From the NCBI GenBank assembly GCA_934130355.1, contig CAKOXV010000001.1:23524-87523 (forward strand): a stretch of DNA of 64,000 nt, read 5' to 3'. How positions within the stretch are numbered: position 1 is the first letter of the stretch; every line of letters begins with the position of its first letter. Source of the stretch: an uncultured Clostridia bacterium. GTDB taxonomy: Bacteria > Bacillota > Clostridia > TANB77 > CAG-508. The notes below the pieces were generated by a model, which saw only the letters and a list, made by a program, of their open reading frames with translations, did not search any database and was not told the origin of the DNA. Positions 40,145 through 51,202 of the stretch are shown here, piece after piece. Position numbers and translations under genes: made by a program.

Positions 40145-40282
40145 TTTTTACTATAACTAGTTTCTAATAATATCTAGTTTGTGCTTTTTCGGCACAGTTT
40201 GGCAGAAGTATTTTTCTTGGTTTTATATATGTTTTTTTGTTTAAGCATACATAAAGGCAGGAGATGTGCTCCTGCCTTTTAT

Positions 40283-41344
40283 TTATTTATCATATCCTGT
40301 ATTTTTTATTATTTGTTGACTTATACTTTTTATTGTATCATTTACTACATAATCTTTTTGTTCAAATACTTCTTGATGCAATTTTAAAACATTACTTTCT
40401 AGTGTTACAGGAACACCATACCATCTATCAATTGTTTTTCCTCTTGTTTCATAAGGCCATCCCATACTTTCTGTTATATTGAATGATGCTACACTTGGTA
40501 TTAATGCCAATATTTCTGTTCCACTAATATTTGTACTAACTCTTGGAAGTATTACATCTACTAATTTGTTTAATTGTCCAACACTTAATGTTTTTACTTT
40601 TGATAACATTGCTTCTATAACTGTTCTCATTCTTTCTGTTCTTTTATAATCTCCACCTGATGTATATCTTATTCTTGAATATGCTACTGCTTGTACACCA
40701 TCTAATGTTTGTTTTCCTGTTTTTGTAATATGACTTGATTTTACTCCTGAACTTTGTGATGTTGCATCTATATAAGTATTTATATATGATAGTTCAGAAC
40801 TATCTATGTCTATAGTTACTCCATTTATTGCATCTACTGCTGCTATAACTGCATCAAAATTTACTGTAACATATTCTGTTATATTCATATCTAGATTTGT
40901 ATTTAATGCTTTTAATGCATTTTGAGCTCCACCAAAAGAATATGCATGTGTTACTTTATCTAGTTTTTCTTTTCCTTTTTCCTCAATTTGCATATATGTG
41001 TCTCTATAAACAGAAATCAATTTAATATCTTTTGTTTTTTGATTTAAACTTGCAATTATTATACAGTCACTCCTATTTCCTAGTCCATAATCATCTGCTC
41101 TGCTATCTATTCCTAATAATGCAATGTTTCTGTACTCAGCTAACCTTTCTTCTGTTTCTTTGGTTATTCCTATTGCAGTTTCATCAATTTTTTCTACAGT
41201 CATTTTTCCTAATTTAGAGTATACAAATCCTAGTGCTATACCAGCTAATATTACTAGTATTACTAATATTGTTAGAAAAGTTATTCCTATTATTTTTAAG
41301 GCTTTTCCTTTTTTCTTTTCTTTATTTTCACTATGTTTTCCCAT
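40283..41344 (-). CDS. LytR-CpsA-Psr (LCP) family cell-wall glycopolymer ligase
   Basis: N-terminal TM, then NIALLGIDSR...RSDCIIIASLN. Confidence 0.88.
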   Translation of the reverse strand: MGKHSENKEKKKGKALKIIGITFLTILVILVILAGIALGFVYSKLGKMTVEKIDETAIGITKETEERLAEYRNIALLGIDSRADDYGLGNRSDCIIIASLNQKTKDIKLISVYRDTYMQIEEKGKEKLDKVTHAYSFGGAQNALKALNTNLDMNITEYVTVNFDAVIAAVDAINGVTIDIDSSELSYINTYIDATSQSSGVKSSHITKTGKQTLDGVQAVAYSRIRYTSGGDYKRTERMRTVIEAMLSKVKTLSVGQLNKLVDVILPRVSTNISGTEILALIPSVASFNITESMGWPYETRGKTIDRWYGVPVTLESNVLKLHQEVFEQKDYVVNDTIKSISQQIIKNTGYDK

Positions 41345-41368
41345 GGCTTTACCCTCTTTTCTATTGTT

Positions 41369-42499
41369 TTAGTTTAATTCTTTTTCAGCTAATTTTAAAG
41401 CTTCTAGTATAACTTTATCCATATCGAAATATTTATATTGTCCTAATCTTCCGCCAAATATAACTTCATCGTCCTTATCTGCTACTTCTTTATATTTAGC
41501 ATATAACATTGTATTTTTTTCATCATTCATTGTGTAATATGGTTCTTTACCTTGTATCCATTTATCTGGATATTCTCTTGTTATTATTGTTTTTTCTGCT
41601 GCTTGTCCTTCTGCTATTTTTCCAAGGCTTGGTCCATACTCAAAATGTTTGTGCTCAATTATTCTTGTATATGGTACTTCATATTCTGTATAATTTACTA
41701 CTGCATTTCCTTGGTAATTCGCTTCTTCAATTTCTTCTGTTTCAAATCTTAAACTTCTATATTCAAGTTCTCCAAATTGATAATTATAATACTTATCTAT
41801 TGGACCTGTAAATATTATTTTTTCTGCTATATTCTCTAATTCTTCTCTATCATCAAAGAAATCACAATTTAGTCTTACTTCTATTCCGTCTAACATTTTT
41901 TCTATTATTTGTGTATATCCACCAATTGGAATCCCTTGATATATATCATTAAAATAATTGTTATCATATATAAATCTTACTGGTAGTCTTTTTATTATGA
42001 AACTTGGTAATTCTGTTGCTCTTTTTCCCCATTGTTTTTCTGTATATCCTTTTACTAATTTTTCGTATATTGTTTTTCCTACTAAACTTATTGCTTGTTC
42101 TTCTAAGTTATGAGGATATTTTATTCCAGCTTCTTTTCTCTCTTCTTCTATTTTTGCTTTTGCCTGTTCTGGTGTTAATACTCCCCAAAGTTTATTAAAT
42201 GTATTCATATTAAACGGCATATTATATAATTCGTCTTTATATCTTGCTACTGGTGAGTTTGTATATCTATTAAATTCTGCAAATTGTTTTATATATTGCC
42301 ATACTTCTTTATTACTTGTATGAAATATGTGTGCGCCATATTTGTGTACATTTATTCCATCTATATTTTCTGTATAGATATTTCCCCCTACATTCGGTCT
42401 TTTTTCTATTACTAGGCATTTCTTTTTTTTCTTTTGGGCTTCATTCGCAAATACTGCTCCAAATAATCCAGCGCCAACTATTAAATAATCATATTTCAT
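41369..42499 (-). CDS. glf: UDP-galactopyranose mutase
   Basis: MKYDYLIVGAGLFGAVFA... FAD fold, 376 aa, C-terminal ...GRLGQYKYFDMDKVI. Confidence 0.92.
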   Translation of the reverse strand: MKYDYLIVGAGLFGAVFANEAQKKKKKCLVIEKRPNVGGNIYTENIDGINVHKYGAHIFHTSNKEVWQYIKQFAEFNRYTNSPVARYKDELYNMPFNMNTFNKLWGVLTPEQAKAKIEEERKEAGIKYPHNLEEQAISLVGKTIYEKLVKGYTEKQWGKRATELPSFIIKRLPVRFIYDNNYFNDIYQGIPIGGYTQIIEKMLDGIEVRLNCDFFDDREELENIAEKIIFTGPIDKYYNYQFGELEYRSLRFETEEIEEANYQGNAVVNYTEYEVPYTRIIEHKHFEYGPSLGKIAEGQAAEKTIITREYPDKWIQGKEPYYTMNDEKNTMLYAKYKEVADKDDEVIFGGRLGQYKYFDMDKVILEALKLAEKELN

Positions 42500-43905
42500 A
42501 ACCTTCCTCCAATTTTTTTCTTTATCTCGCCTAGCAATAAAATGAATAGTTCATTAAACATAAAATTATAAATTATTGCCAAACATATATTTAATATTAA
42601 TGCCACATTTCCTCCTATATAATAGTTGAAAATCGTAACTATTAAAAATATACAGCCATACAACACATTCGACTTTTTGTATTCTATATTAATATATTTT
42701 TTCATTTCAATAATTCTATACATTAAAATTACTATGAAAGAAACCACTGTTGAAATAGATGCTGCATATAATCCTATTTTTCTTATAAATATTATATTAA
42801 TTAAAGCGTTTAAAATAGCTCCAACAATAGATGATATTCCTACTTGCTTTGTCTTTTTTAATGCTACATATAGTCCACCATAAAATGATACCAAGCAGCT
42901 TGACACTACTCCCAAAAATAATATAGGCATTTGCAAACGTCCACTATCAAATTTATTATCAATTAAAAGATCAAACAACACTGGTGAAATCGCTATAAGC
43001 GCTATTAATGCTCCGAAGCAAAATGTACATAAAGTGTTAATTAATTTACTATAATATTTACAGCTGTCATTTTCCTCTATACTCCTTGCTGCTAACTCAG
43101 TCCAAGCCAAATTAAATGCATTATAAAAAGTTACTAATAAATTAGGTATTTTAGAAGCTGCTGCATAAATTCCATTATATGAAGCCCCCATAAAATATGT
43201 TATTATTAACCTATCTGATAAGCTCACTATCCATAATGCAATTGAACTTGGAATAATAGGAATAGAATATTTTAGCATTTCCTTTAACACATTTATAGAA
43301 AACTCTTTTAATTTAAACATTTTATGCAGTTTCAATCTAAATGTCAGAAAAATTGCCGCACTAAAATATGATATTGACAATATTAACAAAACTGACTTTA
43401 TATTAACACTTTTGATAAACACTGCCACTAATAATAATATCATATTAAATACTGAATATAGTATAACAGCTATTGAGTATATTAAATTTTTACCATACCC
43501 TCTTGCTATTTGTCCCATTAAGTCATAAAGTGATTCACAAAAATATAAAATCATAGCTAAAATTAATAATTCTAAATTTTTCTGTGATATACTTCCACCA
43601 ACAATCACTATTCCAAAAATAATTAATGAAAACATAAACACAAATAATACTGATGTCGTTATATATTTTATATGTTTTTCTTCCTTTTCATTAATCAGAA
43701 ATCGAAAAACAGCTTGTTGAACTAAAAGTGTCATTAATGGTAACATTAAACTAGCAAATGAAATTATTAAGTCATATATTCCATATTCTTCAGTTGAAAA
43801 AGCTTTAGTTATTATTGGTAGTGTAACCATTGCTATTAATTTAGGGATAAATTGTCCTATTGTTAATATAATTGTATTTTGTGCTAACACTTTATTTTTT
43901 GTCAT
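42496..43905 (-). CDS. Oligosaccharide flippase (Wzx, MOP superfamily)
   Basis: 469 aa, about 12-14 TM segments, located in the polysaccharide locus. Confidence 0.75.
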   Translation of the reverse strand: MTKNKVLAQNTIILTIGQFIPKLIAMVTLPIITKAFSTEEYGIYDLIISFASLMLPLMTLLVQQAVFRFLINEKEEKHIKYITTSVLFVFMFSLIIFGIVIVGGSISQKNLELLILAMILYFCESLYDLMGQIARGYGKNLIYSIAVILYSVFNMILLLVAVFIKSVNIKSVLLILSISYFSAAIFLTFRLKLHKMFKLKEFSINVLKEMLKYSIPIIPSSIALWIVSLSDRLIITYFMGASYNGIYAAASKIPNLLVTFYNAFNLAWTELAARSIEENDSCKYYSKLINTLCTFCFGALIALIAISPVLFDLLIDNKFDSGRLQMPILFLGVVSSCLVSFYGGLYVALKKTKQVGISSIVGAILNALINIIFIRKIGLYAASISTVVSFIVILMYRIIEMKKYINIEYKKSNVLYGCIFLIVTIFNYYIGGNVALILNICLAIIYNFMFNELFILLLGEIKKKIGGRL

Positions 43906-43912
43906 TTTCCAA

Positions 43913-45238
43913 TTATTCTCCCCTCAATAGTTCTTTTTGTGCTAATGTTTGTTTTGACAATTCTGCACATCTACTTTTTATTTTAGTTCTTAGCTCTTCT
44001 CCCATCTCAATTTTTTCTCTTGCTAATTTTATAATCTTTTTTCTTTCTTCCTCATTTGGTAAAACATTAAACTCTTGAATTTCATCATATTCTAGGAGTT
44101 CCTGAACACTTTTGGTTTTATGTGAATTTGAAGACATAAATATACATGGTGTTCCTCCTAATGAAGACAATATAGCTGGATGATATCTTCCTGATATAAA
44201 TACTTTTGCATTTGCTAATATTTTAGCTGCTGCCAAAATTGGAGTATCTATTGAAATTATAGGAGTTTTTGTATTTTTAGAAACCTCATTCAAGAAAGCG
44301 TCTCCTTCGCACACATCTACTAAAAATACATTATCTTCTTTAAACTCACTTTTTACTTCTTGTACTAATTTTGTATATATATCAACTGCTTCACTCTTAT
44401 TTTTAGATGCATTTCCCACTGCTGATGAACCAGATATACATATATATGGTTTAGTAAAATCGAAATTATAAAATGACTCATCTGTTGCTCCTTGTACACC
44501 CATAACATATTTTCCATTAGTAACTTTAAAATCATCATTCACAATGTCATACCAAGAAAACAACGCATCTGGATAATGTTTTAAATTTATATTTTTGAAA
44601 TTTTCTTCTGCATATTTGTATGAATATTTCTCTCTAACAGAAACTACTTCTGCTTTACTAAATATTGGATTTACTAAATCTATTGTCTTTTGATTCTTAT
44701 TTGAATATGGATCATTTGATAACATACCATTTAAAAAATATACTTTTTTTCCTAGTTTTTCAGCCCAATACATTAGCATTGCCTCTATCATGCATTCTCT
44801 CCATGGTGGAGTAGCAAAAATAAATGAACCTTCACCATTTACAACCAATGCATCAAAATCATATTGTCTTAAATCAAAATCCTTTAAATGTGGGTTTGCA
44901 GGAATACATTTTATTAAGTTATTAATTGATTTATCAAAATCATAACTTATAAAATCTGCACTACTGAAATAGTAATGCCCTCTTCTTAACAATCTATTAA
45001 ACATGTATAATGCTTTTTTTAAATAATCCCAATATTTAAATTTAGCAACTTTTTTATATACCCAACTTGGAATCCAGTTTAAGAAAAACAATTCTCCGGT
45101 ATCAACATTAGTGTAATCACCATAAATTCTTCCCACTATCTCATTTTCTTCTGAAATAATTTGTGATAAAGCTGTACTTGTTGCTCTACATCCAAAATTT
45201 CCTCTATGTCTATTATCTCCTACATAAACTATTTTCAT
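43913..45238 (-). CDS. Polysaccharide pyruvyl transferase-family protein (tentative)
   Basis: 441 aa, soluble, with N-terminal MKIVYVGDNRHRGNFGCRA and NGEGSFIF motifs. Context is the polysaccharide locus. Confidence 0.4.
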   Translation of the reverse strand: MKIVYVGDNRHRGNFGCRATSTALSQIISEENEIVGRIYGDYTNVDTGELFFLNWIPSWVYKKVAKFKYWDYLKKALYMFNRLLRRGHYYFSSADFISYDFDKSINNLIKCIPANPHLKDFDLRQYDFDALVVNGEGSFIFATPPWRECMIEAMLMYWAEKLGKKVYFLNGMLSNDPYSNKNQKTIDLVNPIFSKAEVVSVREKYSYKYAEENFKNINLKHYPDALFSWYDIVNDDFKVTNGKYVMGVQGATDESFYNFDFTKPYICISGSSAVGNASKNKSEAVDIYTKLVQEVKSEFKEDNVFLVDVCEGDAFLNEVSKNTKTPIISIDTPILAAAKILANAKVFISGRYHPAILSSLGGTPCIFMSSNSHKTKSVQELLEYDEIQEFNVLPNEEERKKIIKLAREKIEMGEELRTKIKSRCAELSKQTLAQKELLRGE

Positions 45239-45260
45239 TATTTTGCATTCCTTTCTTTAT

Positions 45261-46181
45261 TTATTTTTTACTTTTTTTAAATTCTACTCCTGGTACATAT
45301 TTATTATTTTTTCCTAAATTATTTTTTATTCCATCATTCAACGCATCTTTATACATTTTAGATATTTTGTTATAATATTCGTCATTTTTTAGAATAGCCA
45401 TAATCCTTCCTAAAATTATCATTTTTCTTATTTCTATTAAATACTTAAAAAGAGTCCATTTTGAAAAATATTTCTTTATTATTATAATTTGATTTCTCAA
45501 TCCATAGTAAGACTTCCAAGAAAAACCTGAAGAATTTGCTATCTTAGTTTTATGATTTAAAGATGCATTATTAATATTTCTTATTTTACTGTATTTTAAA
45601 ATCCTCAAAGAATATTCTGTATCATCAAACCAAATAAAAAATTCTTTTTCTGGTAACCCTATTTCTCTTATTACTTGCATAGATACATACAAGCCACAAA
45701 ACGTCGATAGTTCATAATCAAAGTACTCTTTTTGGTATTCCTCATCTTTGCTTTCCACACATTTAAAAGATGGTTTTAAGTGTTTTCTATGCTCTTTTTG
45801 AATTTTTCCATCAGTTTTTACACTGCCAGAATATGCTTTAATTTTTCCATCATCTTCTTGAATATGTTTTACAATTTCTTTATTATAATTTGATTCTAAT
45901 ATAGCATCATCATCAATTAACAATAAATAATCTAAATCATACTCTCTAGCTTGCTGTATTCCTTTATAAAATCCTCCTGCTCCACCTAAATTTTCTGTTG
46001 AATTTATAACTATAATATTTTCATATTTTAATTTTTTCAAATATTCTGTTGTTCCATCTGTACTAGCATTGTTTATTATCAATATTTTATCGAATTTTTC
46101 TTCTTGATTTATACATGCTTCAACACATTCTTGTAATAATGCTAATCTATTATAAGTTACAATTACTACTCCTAATTTCAT
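45261..46181 (-). CDS. Glycosyltransferase family 2
   Basis: VVIVTYNR...IINNASTDGT...LLIDDD. Confidence 0.85.
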   Translation of the reverse strand: MKLGVVIVTYNRLALLQECVEACINQEEKFDKILIINNASTDGTTEYLKKLKYENIIVINSTENLGGAGGFYKGIQQAREYDLDYLLLIDDDAILESNYNKEIVKHIQEDDGKIKAYSGSVKTDGKIQKEHRKHLKPSFKCVESKDEEYQKEYFDYELSTFCGLYVSMQVIREIGLPEKEFFIWFDDTEYSLRILKYSKIRNINNASLNHKTKIANSSGFSWKSYYGLRNQIIIIKKYFSKWTLFKYLIEIRKMIILGRIMAILKNDEYYNKISKMYKDALNDGIKNNLGKNNKYVPGVEFKKSKK

Positions 46182-46196
46182 ATTTTTTTACCCCTT

Positions 46197-47543
46197 TTAA
46201 TCTTTAAATTTAGATTTTCGTATTTGTTTAAAAAATATAATACATGTTAACCAAAATACTGGAAATATATAATAATAATCAAATACTGGTGACATTTCAA
46301 TAGTTAAAAACATCGCTGTACAGATAAGCGTTTGGATGAGTATCTGAAGTATCCCTTTTACATTTTTACCATAAGAATTTATAATTTCTATAAAAATTCC
46401 ACTTATAAATGCCATAATTAAAGTTCCTATTCTTCCAAAATCATAAATAGAATATCCTATTGCTGTTTCCCAAAATACCTTAAGTCCTGGAACTCCCTCA
46501 TTTGCAGTTAGTTTTTGAAGCTCATTTGACACAATCGAAAAATTCATATTCCAAGATTTAGGTAAAAGTCTAGAAACATAATGCAATTGATATAGTCCAA
46601 ACATATATGGTCCATCATATTTTTCAAATATAAGAGCAAATTTACTCAATTGAGAAGAATAATAAAATACAACATTTAATATAAGTTTTCCTAACCCTCC
46701 ACAATTATAATAAATCCATTCAAGGTATGGTGGAAATTGACACTTTGAACTCCATCTGAACATATTTATTACAGCACTTTTATCTGTTCCATATCTATTA
46801 TTTGATAAGAATATTAAATATATCATTATTGCAGCAAATGCAGCTGCTGAGTATTTTAAGATTTTTTTATATGTTCTACATTCTTTTTTCAAAACTTTTC
46901 TAGCATAATTTCCACAATACACAAATATAATAACTGTTGATATCAAAAATATCATTAATGCATCCCTTCCAGATATGATTACACCCGGTATATTATATAT
47001 TACAGCTGATAAAATACCATATACCGTTATCTTTTTTTCATTTGTTATTGCATAAGCTAATTCGTATAGCCAAATAACTAGAGATGAATTTGAAAAGATT
47101 AAAAGCAATGTTGCGAATCCATTCGTTTTTATATCTCTCGTTGTTCCTATATTTATATTATTAATAGAAATTATATAAATTGCATATATTATTACACATA
47201 TTAAAGAAACTATAAATAATGGAAAAAGATTTATTTTTTCAGATAAATCAATTTCATTATCTTCTTTATTTACTTTCTTATTTTGAGAATATTTTTTAAA
47301 GGTATATTGTCCCCCTATAAATATAAACCAATATAAAATAATATATCCAAAACTAAATATATTCAATTTTTGGGTGTACTCTATTCCTAAGAAAAAATAT
47401 AATATAAACGCAAATCCCCAAGAAATAAATACCCAAAATTTATTATCTAAGATTAATTTATATTTATCTTTTTGAGTGTATATTAAATAACCACCAACAC
47501 CTATTATTATAATTAAGACTATCCTCATTATTATATCTTGCAT
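46197..47543 (-). CDS. O-antigen/oligosaccharide repeat-unit polymerase (Wzy-like)
   Basis: 448 aa polytopic membrane protein in the polysaccharide locus. Confidence 0.6.
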   Translation of the reverse strand: MQDIIMRIVLIIIIGVGGYLIYTQKDKYKLILDNKFWVFISWGFAFILYFFLGIEYTQKLNIFSFGYIILYWFIFIGGQYTFKKYSQNKKVNKEDNEIDLSEKINLFPLFIVSLICVIIYAIYIISINNINIGTTRDIKTNGFATLLLIFSNSSLVIWLYELAYAITNEKKITVYGILSAVIYNIPGVIISGRDALMIFLISTVIIFVYCGNYARKVLKKECRTYKKILKYSAAAFAAIMIYLIFLSNNRYGTDKSAVINMFRWSSKCQFPPYLEWIYYNCGGLGKLILNVVFYYSSQLSKFALIFEKYDGPYMFGLYQLHYVSRLLPKSWNMNFSIVSNELQKLTANEGVPGLKVFWETAIGYSIYDFGRIGTLIMAFISGIFIEIINSYGKNVKGILQILIQTLICTAMFLTIEMSPVFDYYYIFPVFWLTCIIFFKQIRKSKFKD

Positions 47544-48436
47544 TGTTTTTTATCTTTCCTTCTAATTTTTTTATAAAATTTTATATACTTATATAAAGCC
47601 TTTGCTCTGTTTTTACTTCTAAATTTAACAATTTTATATTCATTTTTACTAACTTTTTTTGTGCTTTGACCTTCTAAATGTTTAACTTTTAATTCTTCGT
47701 CAAATAGCATATTGTATTCCTTTTCTTTTATATATACATTTAGCATATCTTCTTCCATATACATAAATGTGTCACTTACAAATGCTACATTTTCATTTTT
47801 TAGCCAATTGTTCATATATATTATAAATGCTCCAAATGGTACAAATGTTTTTGAATCAACTTTTTTACTTTCTGTATAATATTTTTCAAACCATGCATTC
47901 TCTCTTTTAGTTCTCTTTTGAAAAACAACTTTCCTTATTCCAGGTATATTCATAGAAATTGTAAATATTGTTTCATATATCATGTTTTTTAAAGCTTTTT
48001 TTAACGTCATTTCATTTGTTCTTAAAGGATTTTGATGTTCTCCTTTTAAATTAATTATGTCTGGACATATTATGTCATAACCTTGTGTTTCTTTTAGTGT
48101 TTTATCTAATTTTAATATAAAGTTTTCGTCTTCAAATAATATGTCATTATTTAATACTAAAATAGACTCGGGGTTATATTCTTGAGCTTTTTTAAAAGCT
48201 ATATTATTGGCCTTTGAAAAGCCATAATTTTTATCTAATAATATTACATCAATTTGTTCTTCATTACAAAACTTATTCTGCAATTCTATTCCAGTATTAT
48301 TAGGTGACTTATTATCAACTAATACTATTTTATAATTCTCATTATTTAATCCACTTAATCTTTTTATACTATCTATGCAATTTATTGTGTCATCTATATT
48401 TTGATAATGTAAAATTACAAATACAAATCTTATCAT
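47531..48436 (-). CDS. Glycosyltransferase family 2
   Basis: FVFVILHYQN...VLVDNKSPNNTG...LNNDI. Confidence 0.8.
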   Translation of the reverse strand: MIRFVFVILHYQNIDDTINCIDSIKRLSGLNNENYKIVLVDNKSPNNTGIELQNKFCNEEQIDVILLDKNYGFSKANNIAFKKAQEYNPESILVLNNDILFEDENFILKLDKTLKETQGYDIICPDIINLKGEHQNPLRTNEMTLKKALKNMIYETIFTISMNIPGIRKVVFQKRTKRENAWFEKYYTESKKVDSKTFVPFGAFIIYMNNWLKNENVAFVSDTFMYMEEDMLNVYIKEKEYNMLFDEELKVKHLEGQSTKKVSKNEYKIVKFRSKNRAKALYKYIKFYKKIRRKDKKQCKI

Positions 48437-48450
48437 TCTTATCTCCCGAT

Positions 48451-49650
48451 TTATTCTATTATTTTTCCGTATGTTTCTATAAGTTCATTTGCATACTTTT
48501 CTGTTCCAAAAGTAAATTCATTGTTTTTTAGAACTTTTACTTTTTCATTTTCTATCTTTATTATCTTCTCTTTTAAATTATCTATATCTCCAAACAAAAA
48601 ACCATTAACGCCTTCTTGTATAAATTCACTTGCAGCACAACTTTTATTAACTACACATGGTATTCCTAATGTTTGTGCCTCTAGTACTGTTAAACCTGCT
48701 GTTTCATACCATTTGCTTGGAAAAATTAGAGCTCTCGCACCTTTCATATATTTTTCAACCTCATCCTTGTTTTTCCAGCCTGTAAATTCTATGTCAGGAT
48801 ATTCTTTTTCTAACTTTTCCCTTTCTGTTCCATCACCTACTATGATTCCCTTGTATTTTAAGTCTGTAATAGCTTTACAAAATAAATCTACTCCTTTTTC
48901 TTTTGCTATTCTTCCAACATATAAATAATACTTATTTAAAGTTGGATCTATTTTTTCAATATTTTTATTTATATCTATTGGATTGTAAATTCTTATAATC
49001 TTTGTATTTTTTCCCAATGTACTTTTTAATATTTTCTCACTAAATTCTGAAATAGAGATTGCATATTCCAATTTATCATTTAGTTTAACTATTTTGTTTT
49101 GAACAAATTGTCTAATTATTCTGTATATTTTAAAAGCATAATTTCTCGAATCACAGTTACATTTTATACATTTCCAAGAAAGAGGTTTTAAATGGCATAT
49201 TTCATTTTCTTTATAATTAAAATATCCCCCATTAGGGCATGCAGTAAAATAATCGTGCAATGTTAATACTACTTTAAATTTCATTTTAAAAGCAATATCG
49301 AATACACTACTTGATAAAGCTTTTGTCCATCCATGTACATGAATTATAGTTTCTTCTCTATCAAGTGTTTTTAATAATTTTTTTAGTTCTTTTTTCGCTT
49401 TGAAATTATAAATCCCATTTATAATTCCTTTTAGTTTGTTTTTTTCTTTTAATGCTTCACATTGATTAGTTGAAATATATGTAACACCATTTATATTGGC
49501 ATCTTTCTTGTTTTCTGCAGAAAAAAATATTACATTCATCCCTTCGGTTTTTAAAGCTTTTGCTGTATCTATAGCAATCTTACTTGCTCCGCCTTGTACA
49601 TAGTTAAAATCATTAATAATTATAACATTTTTTATTTTTCTATTCTCCAT
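48451..49650 (-). CDS. Glycosyltransferase family 4 (group 1)
   Basis: C-terminal FPSKWYETAGLTVLEAQTLGIPCVV (EX7E region). Confidence 0.85.
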   Translation of the reverse strand: MENRKIKNVIIINDFNYVQGGASKIAIDTAKALKTEGMNVIFFSAENKKDANINGVTYISTNQCEALKEKNKLKGIINGIYNFKAKKELKKLLKTLDREETIIHVHGWTKALSSSVFDIAFKMKFKVVLTLHDYFTACPNGGYFNYKENEICHLKPLSWKCIKCNCDSRNYAFKIYRIIRQFVQNKIVKLNDKLEYAISISEFSEKILKSTLGKNTKIIRIYNPIDINKNIEKIDPTLNKYYLYVGRIAKEKGVDLFCKAITDLKYKGIIVGDGTEREKLEKEYPDIEFTGWKNKDEVEKYMKGARALIFPSKWYETAGLTVLEAQTLGIPCVVNKSCAASEFIQEGVNGFLFGDIDNLKEKIIKIENEKVKVLKNNEFTFGTEKYANELIETYGKIIE

Positions 49651-50491
49651 TAAGTTTCCCCATCTTCATTCCAACAAATCTAGCAGTCATATTAGGTATG
49701 AAATTAACAAGAACTGAAAAATTTTTTTCTTGTATAGCCCTTTTTAAAATATAAAGAGCCATTCCTCCGCCTGCTTGATTTACTTTATATTCATTAAGAT
49801 ATCCATTATGTCTGAAAAACACACCTGTGTCATAATACCTTTTATATAATTGTTTTAATTTAAATCTATGAGAATGTTCAACTACTGAATCTGCGCAATA
49901 TTTAATTTTATATCCATTAGTAATTAATTTAAATGCAATATACATATCCTCATTAGTAGGTAGTTTTTTTCCATCATAGCAATTTAAATCCATAAAAACG
50001 TCTCTTTTTATCGCAGATGATGCATCTGAGAAAAAGAAAGTTTGCAATCCTTTTTCTTTTATATCTTCTTTTGAAACAATAAAAGATTTCTCAGGATAGT
50101 TCCTTTCTCTCGTATATTTTTCTATTGTGTTATTTGAACATGTTTGTCTACTATATGAAGCAGCACATTCACCATTTTCTATACATTTGGTTAAATTAGC
50201 TAACCAATCTTGCCTTTCAATAATTATATCTTGTGTGATAAAAGCTAAAATGTCCGCATTGCATTTTCGTGCCATATTTTCTCTTGCTGTACTATGTGAA
50301 AATTCATTTTTTTCTATTAGCTCATAATTGCAGTCTAGATTCTTCAACATTTGCTCTGTATTATCAGTACTTTTTGTTAATACATAATTTATTGAATTTA
50401 TTTCTACATCTTTTTGCTTCTTTAAATTTTCATGTAACTTATTTACATATTTTTCGGCATTATATAATGGACAAATTATATCTATTGTCAT
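49640..50491 (-). CDS. Glycosyltransferase family 2 (rhamnosyltransferase-like)
   Basis: MTIDIICPLYNAEKYV...; 283 aa; overlaps its neighbours as in an operon. Confidence 0.7.
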   Translation of the reverse strand: MTIDIICPLYNAEKYVNKLHENLKKQKDVEINSINYVLTKSTDNTEQMLKNLDCNYELIEKNEFSHSTARENMARKCNADILAFITQDIIIERQDWLANLTKCIENGECAASYSRQTCSNNTIEKYTRERNYPEKSFIVSKEDIKEKGLQTFFFSDASSAIKRDVFMDLNCYDGKKLPTNEDMYIAFKLITNGYKIKYCADSVVEHSHRFKLKQLYKRYYDTGVFFRHNGYLNEYKVNQAGGGMALYILKRAIQEKNFSVLVNFIPNMTARFVGMKMGKLNGE

Positions 50492-51184
50492 TTACATTGC
50501 TCCCTCTCTTTTTATAACCGCTCCAAACGTTTTAAAAAATATCTGCATATCTAACTTGAATGACATGTTATCTACATAATAAAGTTCCATTTTCATTCTT
50601 TCTTCATAGCTTGTACAACTTCTTCCATTTGCTGCCCAATATCCTGTAAGTCCTGGAGTAACACTTAAAAATTTTGCTTTATCTTCGCCATATTTTTCAA
50701 GTTCTTCTTGTATTACTGGTCTTGGTCCAATTAAAGTTAATTCTCCTTTTAGAATATTTAAAAGCTGTGGCAATTCATCTAGACTTGTTTTTCTCAAAAT
50801 TTTTCCTACTTTTGTTATTCTTGGATCATTTGTTAATTTATAATTGTTTTTATATTCTTCCATTTGCTCAGGTGTGAATTTTTTTATTAACTCTTCTGCA
50901 TTTTCAACCATTGTTCTAAATTTATAAATTTTAATAATTTTTCCATTTTTACCAACGCGAGTATGTTTAAAAAATACACTTCCTCTTGATTCTAATTTTA
51001 TTGCAATAGCAATAATTAGAAACACTGGTGATAAAAGAATTAATGCAACTAGAGATCCCACTACATCTATAGCTCTTTTTACTATTTTATAAATTTTATT
51101 TTTTATTAAAGTGTCTTTATATATTTGAGCTGATAAATTTGAAACATTTTCAGCAATATTTTTATCTGCAACATTAGTAGCCAC
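50492..51184 (-). CDS. Undecaprenyl-phosphate sugar phosphotransferase (bacterial sugar transferase, WbaP/CpsE C-terminal type)
   Basis: KRAIDVVGSLVALILLSP...RVGKNGKIIKIYKFRTM...DELPQLLNILKGELTLIGPRP. Confidence 0.9.
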   Translation of the reverse strand: MATNVADKNIAENVSNLSAQIYKDTLIKNKIYKIVKRAIDVVGSLVALILLSPVFLIIAIAIKLESRGSVFFKHTRVGKNGKIIKIYKFRTMVENAEELIKKFTPEQMEEYKNNYKLTNDPRITKVGKILRKTSLDELPQLLNILKGELTLIGPRPVIQEELEKYGEDKAKFLSVTPGLTGYWAANGRSCTSYEERMKMELYYVDNMSFKLDMQIFFKTFGAVIKREGAM

Positions 51185-51202
51185 TTTTGTTTCCCCCTAA
51201 AA